A stretch of 64,000 nucleotides of DNA from positions 79,725-143,724 of the forward strand of contig JAFGBF010000015.1 of the NCBI GenBank assembly GCA_016933255.1. Reading direction: 5' to 3'. The DNA comes from Candidatus Krumholzibacteriota bacterium (GTDB lineage Bacteria > Krumholzibacteriota > Krumholzibacteriia > Krumholzibacteriales > Krumholzibacteriaceae). A model generated the notes under the pieces. That model did not search any database. It saw only the letters and a list, made by a program, of their open reading frames with translations, and was not told where the DNA came from. The translations under genes were made by a program, and so were the position numbers. Below are positions 20,374-29,516 of this stretch, piece after piece. How positions within the stretch are numbered: position 1 is the stretch's first letter; the number at the start of each line of letters is the position of its first letter.

Positions 20374-20874
20374 TCATTGAAAGCGGAATCTCAATTCGTA
20401 GTTGCCGATTCCGATAAGATCATTATTATTGATTTTGATCTTATGGATTTCCTTCCCGTTCAGGTTCGTTCCGTGGCGGCTGTTGAGGTCTTCCAGAAAA
20501 TATGATCCGTTTTCATTTATTATCTGGGCATGCTCGGGAGAGACGAACGAATGATCAAGACAGATATCGCAATCTACGCTACTGCCAAGCAGCGTAGATT
20601 TTTTACTGATCTCTATTTTGAGTCCTGAAAAACATCCATTTGTTATTTCCAGGACTGCTTTGCTTTTTTGCCCGTTTTTTTTCTGATTGCTGTTTTTCGT
20701 TTTATGAATATGTCCGCGTGTAGAATTTTTTGTCGTCACGTTATCACCTTTCATCAATTGAAGCCCAACCACTTTATTGTCATCAAGGTGTCGCGCAGCA
20801 ACCCGCATAAATCGTACCACAGAGAGGAAAAGGGACTGCAGCTGATCATTTGTCCGGGAAAGATGACCGGGCAT
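20374..20874 (-). CDS. FHA-domain protein (phosphothreonine-binding), last gene of the exosortase locus.
   Basis: C-terminal FHA fold (LLGSSVDCDICLDHSFVSPEHAQIINENGSYFLEDLNSRHGTNLNGKEI). Basic N-terminal region. Confidence 0.7.
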   Translation of the reverse strand: MPGHLSRTNDQLQSLFLSVVRFMRVAARHLDDNKVVGLQLMKGDNVTTKNSTRGHIHKTKNSNQKKNGQKSKAVLEITNGCFSGLKIEISKKSTLLGSSVDCDICLDHSFVSPEHAQIINENGSYFLEDLNSRHGTNLNGKEIHKIKINNNDLIGIGNYELRFRFQ

Positions 20875-21131
20875 CCGCGATATAAAAAAGGCGGATATTC
20901 AACTGCTGGAAACTATACGGAACTATCGGAAACCGAATATCGAAACTGCGTCCTAGATCGGCAGCTATCGGATCCAGGCAGATACTTCCGACAGGCAGCC
21001 GATTTTATCAGTCTAAAATTTGCGGGAGGCCGAAAGACTGTTGCTTAATACGACAGAACGGCATCAGAGTGATGATCGGTTTTCAGGTCGAGCTGGTAAA
21101 GGGACGAGATATTAAGGCCGGCCGTCATGCC

Positions 21132-22562
21132 TTACTTTTTCTTCTTGGATGACCTGAAATCCTCAGGGTCGATCTCGTGTTTTTTCATCAGATCGTGAAG
21201 AGTAGGCCGGCTTATCTTGAGTTCCTGCGATGCGGCTGAGACATTCCCGGAGAATCTGAGTAATACATCGATTATCATTCTTTGTTCCAGGTCTTCACGG
21301 GCTTCTTTGAGAGAGACGCCCGCCTCCGGAGGAATACGGGCAGGAGCGGATTCTGCCTGTTTATTTTTTTCGTCTTCAGGGCCGGGAAAAACAAGGTCCA
21401 TGTCCTCCGGCTGAATGATCCTTCCAGATGTCATGATCACAGCTCTCTTGACTCTGTTTTCTAGTTCGCGTACATTTCCGGGCCATGAGTGGCTATAGAG
21501 GACATTGCGCGCCGATTGGCCGAAGGCTCTTACATTTCTTGAGAACTCGGAATTAAAATGATGAAGGAAATGCATCGCAAGCAGGAGTATATCCTGCCCT
21601 CTGTCACGAAGAGGAGGAAGGGATATATTGATCGTGTTTATCCTGTAGTAGAGATCTTCCCTGAAAGTCCTTTCGCCGATCATCTTCGAGAGGTCCCTGT
21701 TAGTAGCGGCGATCACTCTGATATCGAGCTGTATCTGCTGCTGCCCTCCCACTCTTTCTATTACGTGGTCCTGAAGGAATCTGAGGATCTTGACCTGAAG
21801 AGCCAGGGGAAGTTCGCCGATCTCATCGAGAAAGATAGTTCCTCCCTCAGCGATCTCGAATTTTCCCGGTTTTGAAGAGACTGCCCCTGTGAAGCTTCCT
21901 TTTTCATGGCCGAACAATTCGCTCTCAAGCAGATTTTCAGGTATTGCGCCGCAATTGATCGGTATAAAGGGTCTGTTCTTCCGCGGGCTTCTCGCATGTA
22001 TAGCCCTTGCTATAAGCTCCTTGCCGGTCCCGCTTTCACCGGTTATGAGGACCGATACATCGGTGGGAGCTATTTTCTTGACGGCGTCGAATATATCAAG
22101 CATACCCGCAGACATGGATATTATATTTTCGAATTCGTGTCCGCTCCCGGGAGAAGACTTCAGTCTGGTTATCGTCGATTCAAGGGAGTGTATGTAGGAA
22201 GCCCGGCTCAGAATAACGCGGAGTTCATCGATATCCACCGGTTTTGAGTAGAAATCGATAGCGCCCGACGCGAGGGCTCTTAGAGCGTTTTCCTTGTAGT
22301 CGTGGCCTGTTATTACGATGACCTTGATCTGCGGGTCTATCTGCAGGGCCATCTCGAGGATTTGAAACCCCTCAAACTCATCCGTGTCGCCTGTCAGAGA
22401 AAGATCCAGGATCATCAGCTGCGGCGATTCTTCTTTTACAGCATTGACAGCCTCTTCTATGGTGCGGGCCTTGATGACCTCATATTTGTTTTTAAAAGCC
22501 CATTCGAGTTGTTTGAGGATGGTCTCCTCGTCATCGACGATCAAAAGTCTGGGTGATCCCAA
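21132..22562 (-). CDS. prsR: Sigma-54-dependent response regulator (NtrC/AtoC class), PrsR-like.
   Basis: REC domain (LLIVDDEE...D). AAA+ sigma-54 interaction domain (GESGTGKE, GAFTGA) and C-terminal Fis-type HTH. Lies immediately downstream of the PrsK-like kinase. Confidence 0.8.
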   Translation of the reverse strand: MGSPRLLIVDDEETILKQLEWAFKNKYEVIKARTIEEAVNAVKEESPQLMILDLSLTGDTDEFEGFQILEMALQIDPQIKVIVITGHDYKENALRALASGAIDFYSKPVDIDELRVILSRASYIHSLESTITRLKSSPGSGHEFENIISMSAGMLDIFDAVKKIAPTDVSVLITGESGTGKELIARAIHARSPRKNRPFIPINCGAIPENLLESELFGHEKGSFTGAVSSKPGKFEIAEGGTIFLDEIGELPLALQVKILRFLQDHVIERVGGQQQIQLDIRVIAATNRDLSKMIGERTFREDLYYRINTINISLPPLRDRGQDILLLAMHFLHHFNSEFSRNVRAFGQSARNVLYSHSWPGNVRELENRVKRAVIMTSGRIIQPEDMDLVFPGPEDEKNKQAESAPARIPPEAGVSLKEAREDLEQRMIIDVLLRFSGNVSAASQELKISRPTLHDLMKKHEIDPEDFRSSKKKK

Positions 22563-22577
22563 TTGTGCCCCTTCCAG

Positions 22578-24683
22578 TTATTCTGATCCGGTTCCCGGCA
22601 GTATAATCGAGACAGAAGCGCCTTTTCCAGAAAGATTATCGATCGATATAGTGCCTCCATGTGCTTCTGCCATCGATTTACATAGAGCAAGGCCTATGCC
22701 CAGGCCGTTTTTTCGGGTCGAGCTGAATGGCTTGAAAAGGTCGTTTTTAATATAGTCAGGATCGAAGCCCTTTCCAGTATCAGACACATTGAGTCTCAAT
22801 CCGAATGGATCTTCCGAAGTAAGGCGAACCGATATCTTTCCTCCTCTCGGTGTTGCTTCTATCGAATTGAGTATCAGGTTCTCCACAATTCTTTCAATAG
22901 CGGATGGATCGATATCAGCGATTATCTGTTCAGATGGAGAATATTCAAGAGTGATATTTTTAGATCCAGCCATCGGCACAAGCTGTTCTATCTTTTCTCC
23001 TACAAGCGATACCGCTTCTGTCCGTACTCTGTTTACGGCTCCTGAATATTTGTGAGCGTTCAGAGAATTGATCAGGCTCTGCATCCTCTCTATCGATCTT
23101 TTAATCGTTATTATTGTATCTTTCTGAAATTCCTTGTTTTCCATGTTTTCTCTTGCGTTTTCAGCGGTAAGAGAAAGGATCTCGACGGTGTTTTTAAGGT
23201 CATGGATGACGAATGACGCGAACCGGTTGAACGATTCGATCTGTTTCGATTCAAGGAATCTTTCCTCCATAAGGAGGTTGTCAAGGGTGATAGCGGCCTG
23301 GTCGGCGATAGTAGCAAGGAAACTTCGGTCTTCTTCGCTGAAGGGAGCTCCTGTATCCTTTCTGCCCAGAGCTATAAAGCCCTTACACTCCTCCCCGTGG
23401 CCGAGAGGCAGAGCAGACTCGATCCATTCAGGGATATTTTCCGTATCAAGCTCGATTTTTGCTTCTGTCGAGGAGTGTTTCCTCCTGCCGGATCTTTTGT
23501 TAAATACCGTCAATTCGTCAGCTGTACACAGTTCCATCAGCCTGTTTGACGTCTCAGGAGTCCAGTCATCGCCTGTTGCTCCATAAGACGCTTCGATCCC
23601 GTTGTGGATATCGACCCATATGATGCCTCTCTGGACGATCATCGTCTCACAGAGCGATCCGATCGTGTTTGAGAGGAAATCATCTATTGTAAGGCTCGTG
23701 GCCATCAATCTTGAGAAATGACGCCACTCCTTTCGATAATTATAATTCTCAAGATAGAAATTATCATTCAGGAATATTCGAAGCTTTCTTCTCGCCCTTC
23801 CCGACATTCCGACGGCAAGCAGAAGAAATATGATAAAAATCCCTAAAACATAAAGATGGAATCTGTCATATGACATTCCGGCCAGGGCCGAGATCCACGA
23901 TATGATGGCAATCGATATAAAGTAGAGCCCGGCTACCACCACCGACACGGTCGATGATTTTTCTTTCAAAACAGGTGTCCTGATCTCGAATAGATTGTAT
24001 CTCGAATTCGCGTAGATAAAAGTTGTAGTGATGAAAATTATTCCGCAGGTTTCGACTGTCAGGAAACGCCGGTCGACCGAAGATAACGATAAAATCCGGC
24101 TCATTACCACGAAATTCAGAAATGATGCGGTTATTGTGCCGAGCATCGGGTATTTGAGAGTGACCTTGCCCTGGATATTTGCTGCTCTGTATGTGTTTTC
24201 CATGAAGTAGAGATAGCATACATTCACCAGAAGGAAAAAGATCCCGAACCCTTTGCCCAGCCAGGTAAAGACGATCTGATAAAAATATCCGTTTTCCTCG
24301 AAGGATATGCTTCTGATGATATAATGAAGCGGAGTGATGAGGCCGATCGCGGAAAAAATGATCAGAATGGTCAGAATCCCTGTGATCCTGTTTTTCAGCG
24401 GGTTATCTCCACGGTTCCGTGCGAAGAAATAGAAAAACGGAAGACCGAAGGCAGGGGATAATAGAGCGGCCACAAGCAGCAGTCGCAAAAATACCTGCGC
24501 CTGCTCGGGAGAATCCGCCCTTAGCAGAAGTCCCTGTGCGGCGGTGAAGAAAGCCAGGATCAGCGTCGATGGGATAAAGAAAAGTTTCTGATAATTAAAA
24601 CTTCCTCTTGTCAAACCTGCCCACAAAAGGAGGACAAGCAGTCCAGATGCAGTAAATGACAGTAGCGGAGCAAACAGGGTCAT
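22578..24683 (-). CDS. prsK: Sensor histidine kinase with a long polytopic N-terminal domain; PrsK-like (exosortase-system associated).
   Basis: About 300 aa of TM helices, then a cytoplasmic region. HisKA box FVIHDLKNTVEIL. HATPase_c (GLGIGLALCKSMAEAHGG). 701 aa and gene context match TIGR02916-type PrsK. Confidence 0.7.
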   Translation of the reverse strand: MTLFAPLLSFTASGLLVLLLWAGLTRGSFNYQKLFFIPSTLILAFFTAAQGLLLRADSPEQAQVFLRLLLVAALLSPAFGLPFFYFFARNRGDNPLKNRITGILTILIIFSAIGLITPLHYIIRSISFEENGYFYQIVFTWLGKGFGIFFLLVNVCYLYFMENTYRAANIQGKVTLKYPMLGTITASFLNFVVMSRILSLSSVDRRFLTVETCGIIFITTTFIYANSRYNLFEIRTPVLKEKSSTVSVVVAGLYFISIAIISWISALAGMSYDRFHLYVLGIFIIFLLLAVGMSGRARRKLRIFLNDNFYLENYNYRKEWRHFSRLMATSLTIDDFLSNTIGSLCETMIVQRGIIWVDIHNGIEASYGATGDDWTPETSNRLMELCTADELTVFNKRSGRRKHSSTEAKIELDTENIPEWIESALPLGHGEECKGFIALGRKDTGAPFSEEDRSFLATIADQAAITLDNLLMEERFLESKQIESFNRFASFVIHDLKNTVEILSLTAENARENMENKEFQKDTIITIKRSIERMQSLINSLNAHKYSGAVNRVRTEAVSLVGEKIEQLVPMAGSKNITLEYSPSEQIIADIDPSAIERIVENLILNSIEATPRGGKISVRLTSEDPFGLRLNVSDTGKGFDPDYIKNDLFKPFSSTRKNGLGIGLALCKSMAEAHGGTISIDNLSGKGASVSIILPGTGSE

Positions 24684-26170
24684 TTTAGGTCCTTCATTCT
24701 GTTAATATGTTTTTCTGCCTCTTTTGACACATTCGATTCAGGATACATCTCTACGCATCTTTCCAGGGCCTCGACAGCTTTTCCCTTATCACCAAGTTCT
24801 TTCTCATAGATAGACGCGGCCGTAAGGAAACTTTGGGCAAGCCTGGGGTATTGCGGATATCTTGCCGGAAGCGAAAGGAGCCGTTCCGCGGTTTTTTCCC
24901 ATTTTTTCTGCAGAGAGAGAGTCCGGATGAAGTATTCTTCGGCTTTAATTCTTATTCCAGCGTCATATTCTTTTGCAGTCATCATATCATAATGCTCCAG
25001 AGCTCTCTCGTAGGCATTTTTGGCGGCGTCGGCTTCTCCCAGCTTTTCAAAATGCATGGCGATCATGAGCGGAGACTCCATTCCCTGGAAAGTAGTTGGA
25101 AAACTGGTGTATATTGATTTGTAGTGCAGAGAAGCATCTACCCAGTTGCCGCGTTTATCCGAGATATTTGCAAGCTGCCAGGTCGCTTCAACTACTCCGC
25201 TTGCCGATGAAGCATGTTCTTTTATGACCTGATTATATATTTTTTCAGCTTCATCGTATCTCTTTGCCTCCTGGTGTATCTGTCCGAGCATCAGTAGCGC
25301 GGTGACCGTCTCCTGCGAATCAGGGAATTCTTTGATTATGGCCGTCAGGATCGAAGCTGCTTTATCCTGATTGCCAAACCCGTCCATCTCTATCTTTGCT
25401 TCAATGAACATTATCGACGGCCTGTCTTTTACCGTAGGGTATTGTTCCTCCATCTCCTTCAGGAGAGCCATGGCACTATCCCATTTCCGCTGTTCGAGCA
25501 GGGCTGTGACCAGGTTAAACCTTGTCTCTTTGAGAAGGGAAGGGTCCGCCGTTGTAGATATTATATCTCTGTATATCATTTCGCCCCTGCTCAGCCAGGC
25601 AGATCTTTTATTTTTCATATCCGGGCCTAAGTACAGTTTTGAGAGCCTGATAGGGACGAGAAGATACCTTCTGTTCATCATCGATGTCTTTTCGATATCC
25701 CCGCTGCCGAGAAATTCATCCGAAAACTTTTCAAATAGTGATATTGCCGATGGAATATCCCCGATCTGTTCGGATATGAACGCTGAGGACCAAAGAGCGT
25801 TGGCACGGGCTTTGGGGATATTGCCGGAAATGGAGTAAGCTTTTTGAAAATCATCGATAGCGCTCTTAAGGCTGCCTGTCCGGAATTCGAGCTCGGCAAG
25901 CTCCATTTGAGAGGAAACAACTATCAACTCCATGCCGTCGACGCTGTCGGCGTATGATGAATACCGATCTACTATCGAACGGTAGCTTTCTACGGTTCTG
26001 TCCACGAATTCCCTGTTCGTGGTGCCTGAAGGGAGTTCACGGTTCAGTTTTCTGGCATGGAAAAGTTCTTTTTCCGCTTTATAGAGCAGTGATTTTTCTT
26101 CGCTCGAGCACGCAAAGACCATAGCGGCCATCAGCAGGACAGCTGCCAACAGATTCATTCTTTTTTTCAT
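24680..26170 (-). CDS. TPR-repeat lipoprotein, possibly a short PrsT-like protein.
   Basis: Signal peptide plus lipobox (LLMAAMVFACSS). Multiple TPR-like helical repeats. 4-nt overlap with the prsK start. Confidence 0.55.
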   Translation of the reverse strand: MKKRMNLLAAVLLMAAMVFACSSEEKSLLYKAEKELFHARKLNRELPSGTTNREFVDRTVESYRSIVDRYSSYADSVDGMELIVVSSQMELAELEFRTGSLKSAIDDFQKAYSISGNIPKARANALWSSAFISEQIGDIPSAISLFEKFSDEFLGSGDIEKTSMMNRRYLLVPIRLSKLYLGPDMKNKRSAWLSRGEMIYRDIISTTADPSLLKETRFNLVTALLEQRKWDSAMALLKEMEEQYPTVKDRPSIMFIEAKIEMDGFGNQDKAASILTAIIKEFPDSQETVTALLMLGQIHQEAKRYDEAEKIYNQVIKEHASSASGVVEATWQLANISDKRGNWVDASLHYKSIYTSFPTTFQGMESPLMIAMHFEKLGEADAAKNAYERALEHYDMMTAKEYDAGIRIKAEEYFIRTLSLQKKWEKTAERLLSLPARYPQYPRLAQSFLTAASIYEKELGDKGKAVEALERCVEMYPESNVSKEAEKHINRMKDLK

Positions 26171-26212
26171 TCTTCCTCCAGTGGTTTGATAAAGCCCGGG
26201 ATATTTAAAATG

Positions 26213-27097
26213 TCAATTCAGTCTGTTTTTCATCCTTTGCAGGAATATTACTGTTCCTCCTGCTGTTATAAGATATATGGATATCATCTCAATGACTGAT
26301 GAGACGATGTAATTGTGAATAATAAAATCGGGAGAGAGCCTTGTGGCGATCAATGCCGATTTAATGCTGATAAATGTCGTCGGGACCGTGAGAATGAACG
26401 GGATAAAAACAATAAAGAATGTCGTAGCTGGGCAATTCCAGGCGATACTTATGCTTACCCTGAAAGATCTAAAGAGGTTTGAATCGTAAAGCAGGATTGC
26501 CGGAGTAGTGTACAGGAATAACCCCTGAATAGCGAGGGCAACAGCCATACTGACGGCATAAACGGTATTACCCGCAATCGGGCTCAGACTGGCTCTGAAA
26601 TTTCCCGCGAGAAAAAATACGAGAAAGATGAAAAGGGAAGCAAATAAAGAGATCAGAAACAGCTGAAGATATTTCCCGAACGCAGCCCGGAATGCCCCGG
26701 CAAACGATAACGACCTCCCGGTGATCCCGCTGTATATGAGGACTGTCGTTGCACCCTGGAAAATTATATTTATGAATATTTCAACGAATATATCGACGCG
26801 GTCAAGAATGGGCTGCATCAGTACGATATGATCCGGAAAATGACCGAGGTCTGAGCTGGAGAGGCCGCCTATAAAGAGAGCCCAGAAGGATGATGAAGGC
26901 GGATCGAGGCTTGAAAGATATGAGATCAGGATGCCGAGATGGAGGATAAGAAAAAAGAAAGATGGAACGGCGATCCGAAAATCTTTCAGGATCGATACAG
27001 AAGTGTGGAATGTATTTATGGTTTCCTTGAATCCTCCGGCATAATCAAACCGTTTCCCAGGAGCTCCGCCGTCAATAATGAGTCTTTTCGACATCAA
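26213..27097 (-). CDS. Polytopic integral membrane protein of unknown function (about 8 TM) inside the exosortase operon.
   Basis: 294 aa with strongly hydrophobic segments throughout. ATGA overlap with the EpsI stop. No recognisable catalytic motif. Confidence 0.45.
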   Translation of the reverse strand: MMSKRLIIDGGAPGKRFDYAGGFKETINTFHTSVSILKDFRIAVPSFFFLILHLGILISYLSSLDPPSSSFWALFIGGLSSSDLGHFPDHIVLMQPILDRVDIFVEIFINIIFQGATTVLIYSGITGRSLSFAGAFRAAFGKYLQLFLISLFASLFIFLVFFLAGNFRASLSPIAGNTVYAVSMAVALAIQGLFLYTTPAILLYDSNLFRSFRVSISIAWNCPATTFFIVFIPFILTVPTTFISIKSALIATRLSPDFIIHNYIVSSVIEMISIYLITAGGTVIFLQRMKNRLN

Positions 27098-27786
27098 TCC
27101 TCGTTTCTTTGCTCTACAGGCGATGCTGATTTCAGGGCTGACATTATATCGGGGCTTATTCTTTCGATGAATCTCAACATCGTTTTTTCGGTCTTTTCGT
27201 CGCCTCCCGGCCTAACGCCTGTAGAAAAGCGGATAAACGACGCAGCCTGGGGGCGGGAAAGAAGTGTGTTCTTCATCTGATGATATTTCAACGAAAATTC
27301 ATCGGGGATGGCTTTACCGTTCATACTGAACCAGTAGATGACCAGCCTGTGGGATTTCCCGTCTGTTATTACCAATCGCTTGACGCTTTCCAGCTCATTG
27401 TTGAGATTTATCTCGATCCGGTCTTCCTTTATGATATCCCAGCCGGCACCAGGGTAACAATGTTTTGGAGAATGGATCTGCGAATTTTCCTGCTGCCGGG
27501 CGAAATACCCGAGAAAGAGTTCTATCTTTATCCCCGTTTCTCCGGTATATGAACGTACAAGCGTTGTATCTGCTCCCAGAACCCTCAGAGATTCGATCCC
27601 GATATAATAGTCATCGGAGAGATACGATCCCGTCTCTGCCGGTATGAGGCTGAAATCCGGCAAAGGAGCCTCTTCAATATCTCTTTTACGCAATCGGTGC
27701 GTATAGATCGTCAGCAATAGGAGTATTACAACAATGATGACCAGGCTGTTCAGTTTTATTTTATCCATTTCAATATCCTGATACAA
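27094..27786 (-). CDS. epsI: Exosortase-associated EpsI-family protein.
   Basis: N-terminal TM helix then a periplasmic domain. Overlaps the exosortase gene end; the likely true start is ATG 27768 (MDKIK). EpsI is canonically adjacent to exosortases. Confidence 0.55.
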   Translation of the reverse strand: MYQDIEMDKIKLNSLVIIVVILLLLTIYTHRLRKRDIEEAPLPDFSLIPAETGSYLSDDYYIGIESLRVLGADTTLVRSYTGETGIKIELFLGYFARQQENSQIHSPKHCYPGAGWDIIKEDRIEINLNNELESVKRLVITDGKSHRLVIYWFSMNGKAIPDEFSLKYHQMKNTLLSRPQAASFIRFSTGVRPGGDEKTEKTMLRFIERISPDIMSALKSASPVEQRNED

Positions 27787-28610
27787 AGAAGAAGCAGTAG
27801 GAGCCCGGCTGCAAAGACTATCAAGCCTGAAATCTCATGAATCGTTCCATCAGCAAATTCGGGTCCTATCGTGTAGGCTCCCAGTGCTGTTACAGTCAGG
27901 CGGATCGCATTTGCTGCTATCGCTACAGGTATCGATAACGCCACGAGAATGACGTTTTTCGTTTTAGAAAATCCGGAAAAAATCGTAAGAATAACAGCGA
28001 TCGTAACCATAGTCATAAGGGAACGCAGTCCGCTGCAGGCGGCGACTACTTCCAGGGTATATCCGGGAAGATGGAGTATATTGCCTTTTCTTATGACGCT
28101 TACTCCGGTTGACTGGAGGATATAAGTGCTTAACCTGGCGCTGAAAAGCTGCATAGGGAAGGTGAGTCTGTAGTAAATGATATATGGCAAAGGAACAGCC
28201 AGCACCAGAAAGAGGACAGGGAAGGCGACAATTCTGAAGATCCCCGATCCCATAAGAAAAAGAACGCTTCCCAGTATAAGGAGCGGAAAAGATATGCGGG
28301 ATGAAAAAAGCTCTGAAGCTGCCGTGCCGGCTACAAGCAGCAGAGCTGATACAAATATTATTAAAAGCCCCGTATAATAGTATCCTCCATCTGGATTTTT
28401 TCTCAGTTCCCTGCGCCGTTTCCAGAGAATAAAAACCGAGACGACAGGGATAACGATCCCGTGCTGATAATTCGGGTCATCTATCCATTGCCTGAACAGG
28501 CTGGTAATGACAGGGGAATACATTACGGATATCAGAACCAGACTCATGCCGAGCAGTATTCTTTTAAGGAGCAGAGTGCTGTTCCCCTCTTGCCTGGATA
28601 TATCGGACAA
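27756..28610 (-). CDS. xrt: Exosortase (EpsH/Xrt family transpeptidase).
   Basis: 284 aa, about 8 TM. Conserved active-site motif VVAACSGLRSLMTM (Cys and Arg). TTG start with an AAAGGAG RBS. Confidence 0.8.
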   Translation of the reverse strand: MSDISRQEGNSTLLLKRILLGMSLVLISVMYSPVITSLFRQWIDDPNYQHGIVIPVVSVFILWKRRRELRKNPDGGYYYTGLLIIFVSALLLVAGTAASELFSSRISFPLLILGSVLFLMGSGIFRIVAFPVLFLVLAVPLPYIIYYRLTFPMQLFSARLSTYILQSTGVSVIRKGNILHLPGYTLEVVAACSGLRSLMTMVTIAVILTIFSGFSKTKNVILVALSIPVAIAANAIRLTVTALGAYTIGPEFADGTIHEISGLIVFAAGLLLLLLCIRILKWIK

Positions 28611-28703
28611 CCTGTCTCCTTTATTACGATACGACTTAAGTACTGTAGAATCTTAAAGGGTGCTGCCCCGCGTTGGCAAGAAGAATGAGCCGGTCAGACT
28701 CCG

Positions 28704-28740
28704 CAATAAAAAAACGGACGCAGGTGATTCTGCGTCCGTT
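28704..28740 (-). terminator. Strong rho-independent terminator between the PEP-CTERM substrate genes and the exosortase.
   Basis: Perfect 11-bp stem AACGGACGCAG/CTGCGTCCGTT with a 6-nt loop. On the minus strand it is followed by TTTTTTTATT. Confidence 0.75.
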
Positions 28741-28767
28741 CGAGGCCTGCAAGAAAAAGAAGTGTAA

Positions 28768-29475
28768 TCACGTTTTCTTTTTCTTTCTCAGAAGAGGAGT
28801 TATCCCGAGAAGTCCCAGGCCCAAAAGGCTGAGTGTGCCAGGTTCAGGAACCGCAAAACAACTTGAATCGTGGGAATTGGGGCTGACATAGCATTTACCG
28901 TTTGAATCCATCCCTATCGCGTCAAAGTTTACATAATCGAACCCGCTGACAACGATATCGAGTAACACTTCATCTCCCCAACCCGGTTCATGGATCCATC
29001 CTTCTTCGTAATGCCACGCCTTTGCCATAGAGTTATTTATTCTTCCGGCATCATAAAAATTGAAATTTTTGATGCTCGGAAGCATAGTCTTCACATACCA
29101 GTCCGGAGCGGCCGCAGCCAGTCCGGGGTCGCCGTAGTTGTAGAATGTGTTGATCTCGATTCCGTTGATCCATACAGTCCCGGATTGTCCTGTCGGAGTA
29201 TTTATGACGACAAAGACATCCATATAATCATACGCCGGGGGAGAGGTCACCAGATCTATAGATGGAGTCACTTCGGGAAGTGTTTCCCAGTACCCGACAA
29301 CTTTCAGCTCAAAATTGGCTGATGTAGAGATCCATGAGTCCTCATCCTCGAGGGCATAATTTGCGTAGTAGTCAGAGCCTGTAATATAGGTCTGAAGCCT
29401 TGGGACCGCTGAGGCAGAATCGGCAATTAGAGACCCGGCCAATACCGCTACGGTCAGAAGTAAAATCTTTTTCAT
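28768..29475 (-). CDS. PEP-CTERM sorting-domain protein, paralog B.
   Basis: Signal peptide MKKILLLTVAVLAGS. C-terminus VPEPGTLSLLGLGLLGITPLLRKKKKT (PEP motif, TM helix, basic tail). GGAGG RBS before ATG 29475. Confidence 0.85.
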   Translation of the reverse strand: MKKILLLTVAVLAGSLIADSASAVPRLQTYITGSDYYANYALEDEDSWISTSANFELKVVGYWETLPEVTPSIDLVTSPPAYDYMDVFVVINTPTGQSGTVWINGIEINTFYNYGDPGLAAAAPDWYVKTMLPSIKNFNFYDAGRINNSMAKAWHYEEGWIHEPGWGDEVLLDIVVSGFDYVNFDAIGMDSNGKCYVSPNSHDSSCFAVPEPGTLSLLGLGLLGITPLLRKKKKT

Positions 29476-29516
29476 TCGTATCCTCCGCACACAGTTTATA
29501 GTAATCAGCATTATCA

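Noticed and set aside
20668-21048. 126-aa ORF on the plus strand partly overlapping the FHA gene and filling the prsR-FHA gap.
   Set aside because: The first half is antisense to the FHA coding sequence. There is no RBS and a low-complexity composition. The gap is better explained as a regulatory region.
28611-28703. Possible promoter for the exosortase (TTGCCA ... TAAGAT on the minus strand) and a GGCAGC/TTGCC pair.
   Set aside because: The spacing is poor (19 nt) and the sigma-54-like pieces are in the wrong order. Exosortase transcription may rely on read-through or a weak promoter, and cannot be called from sequence.
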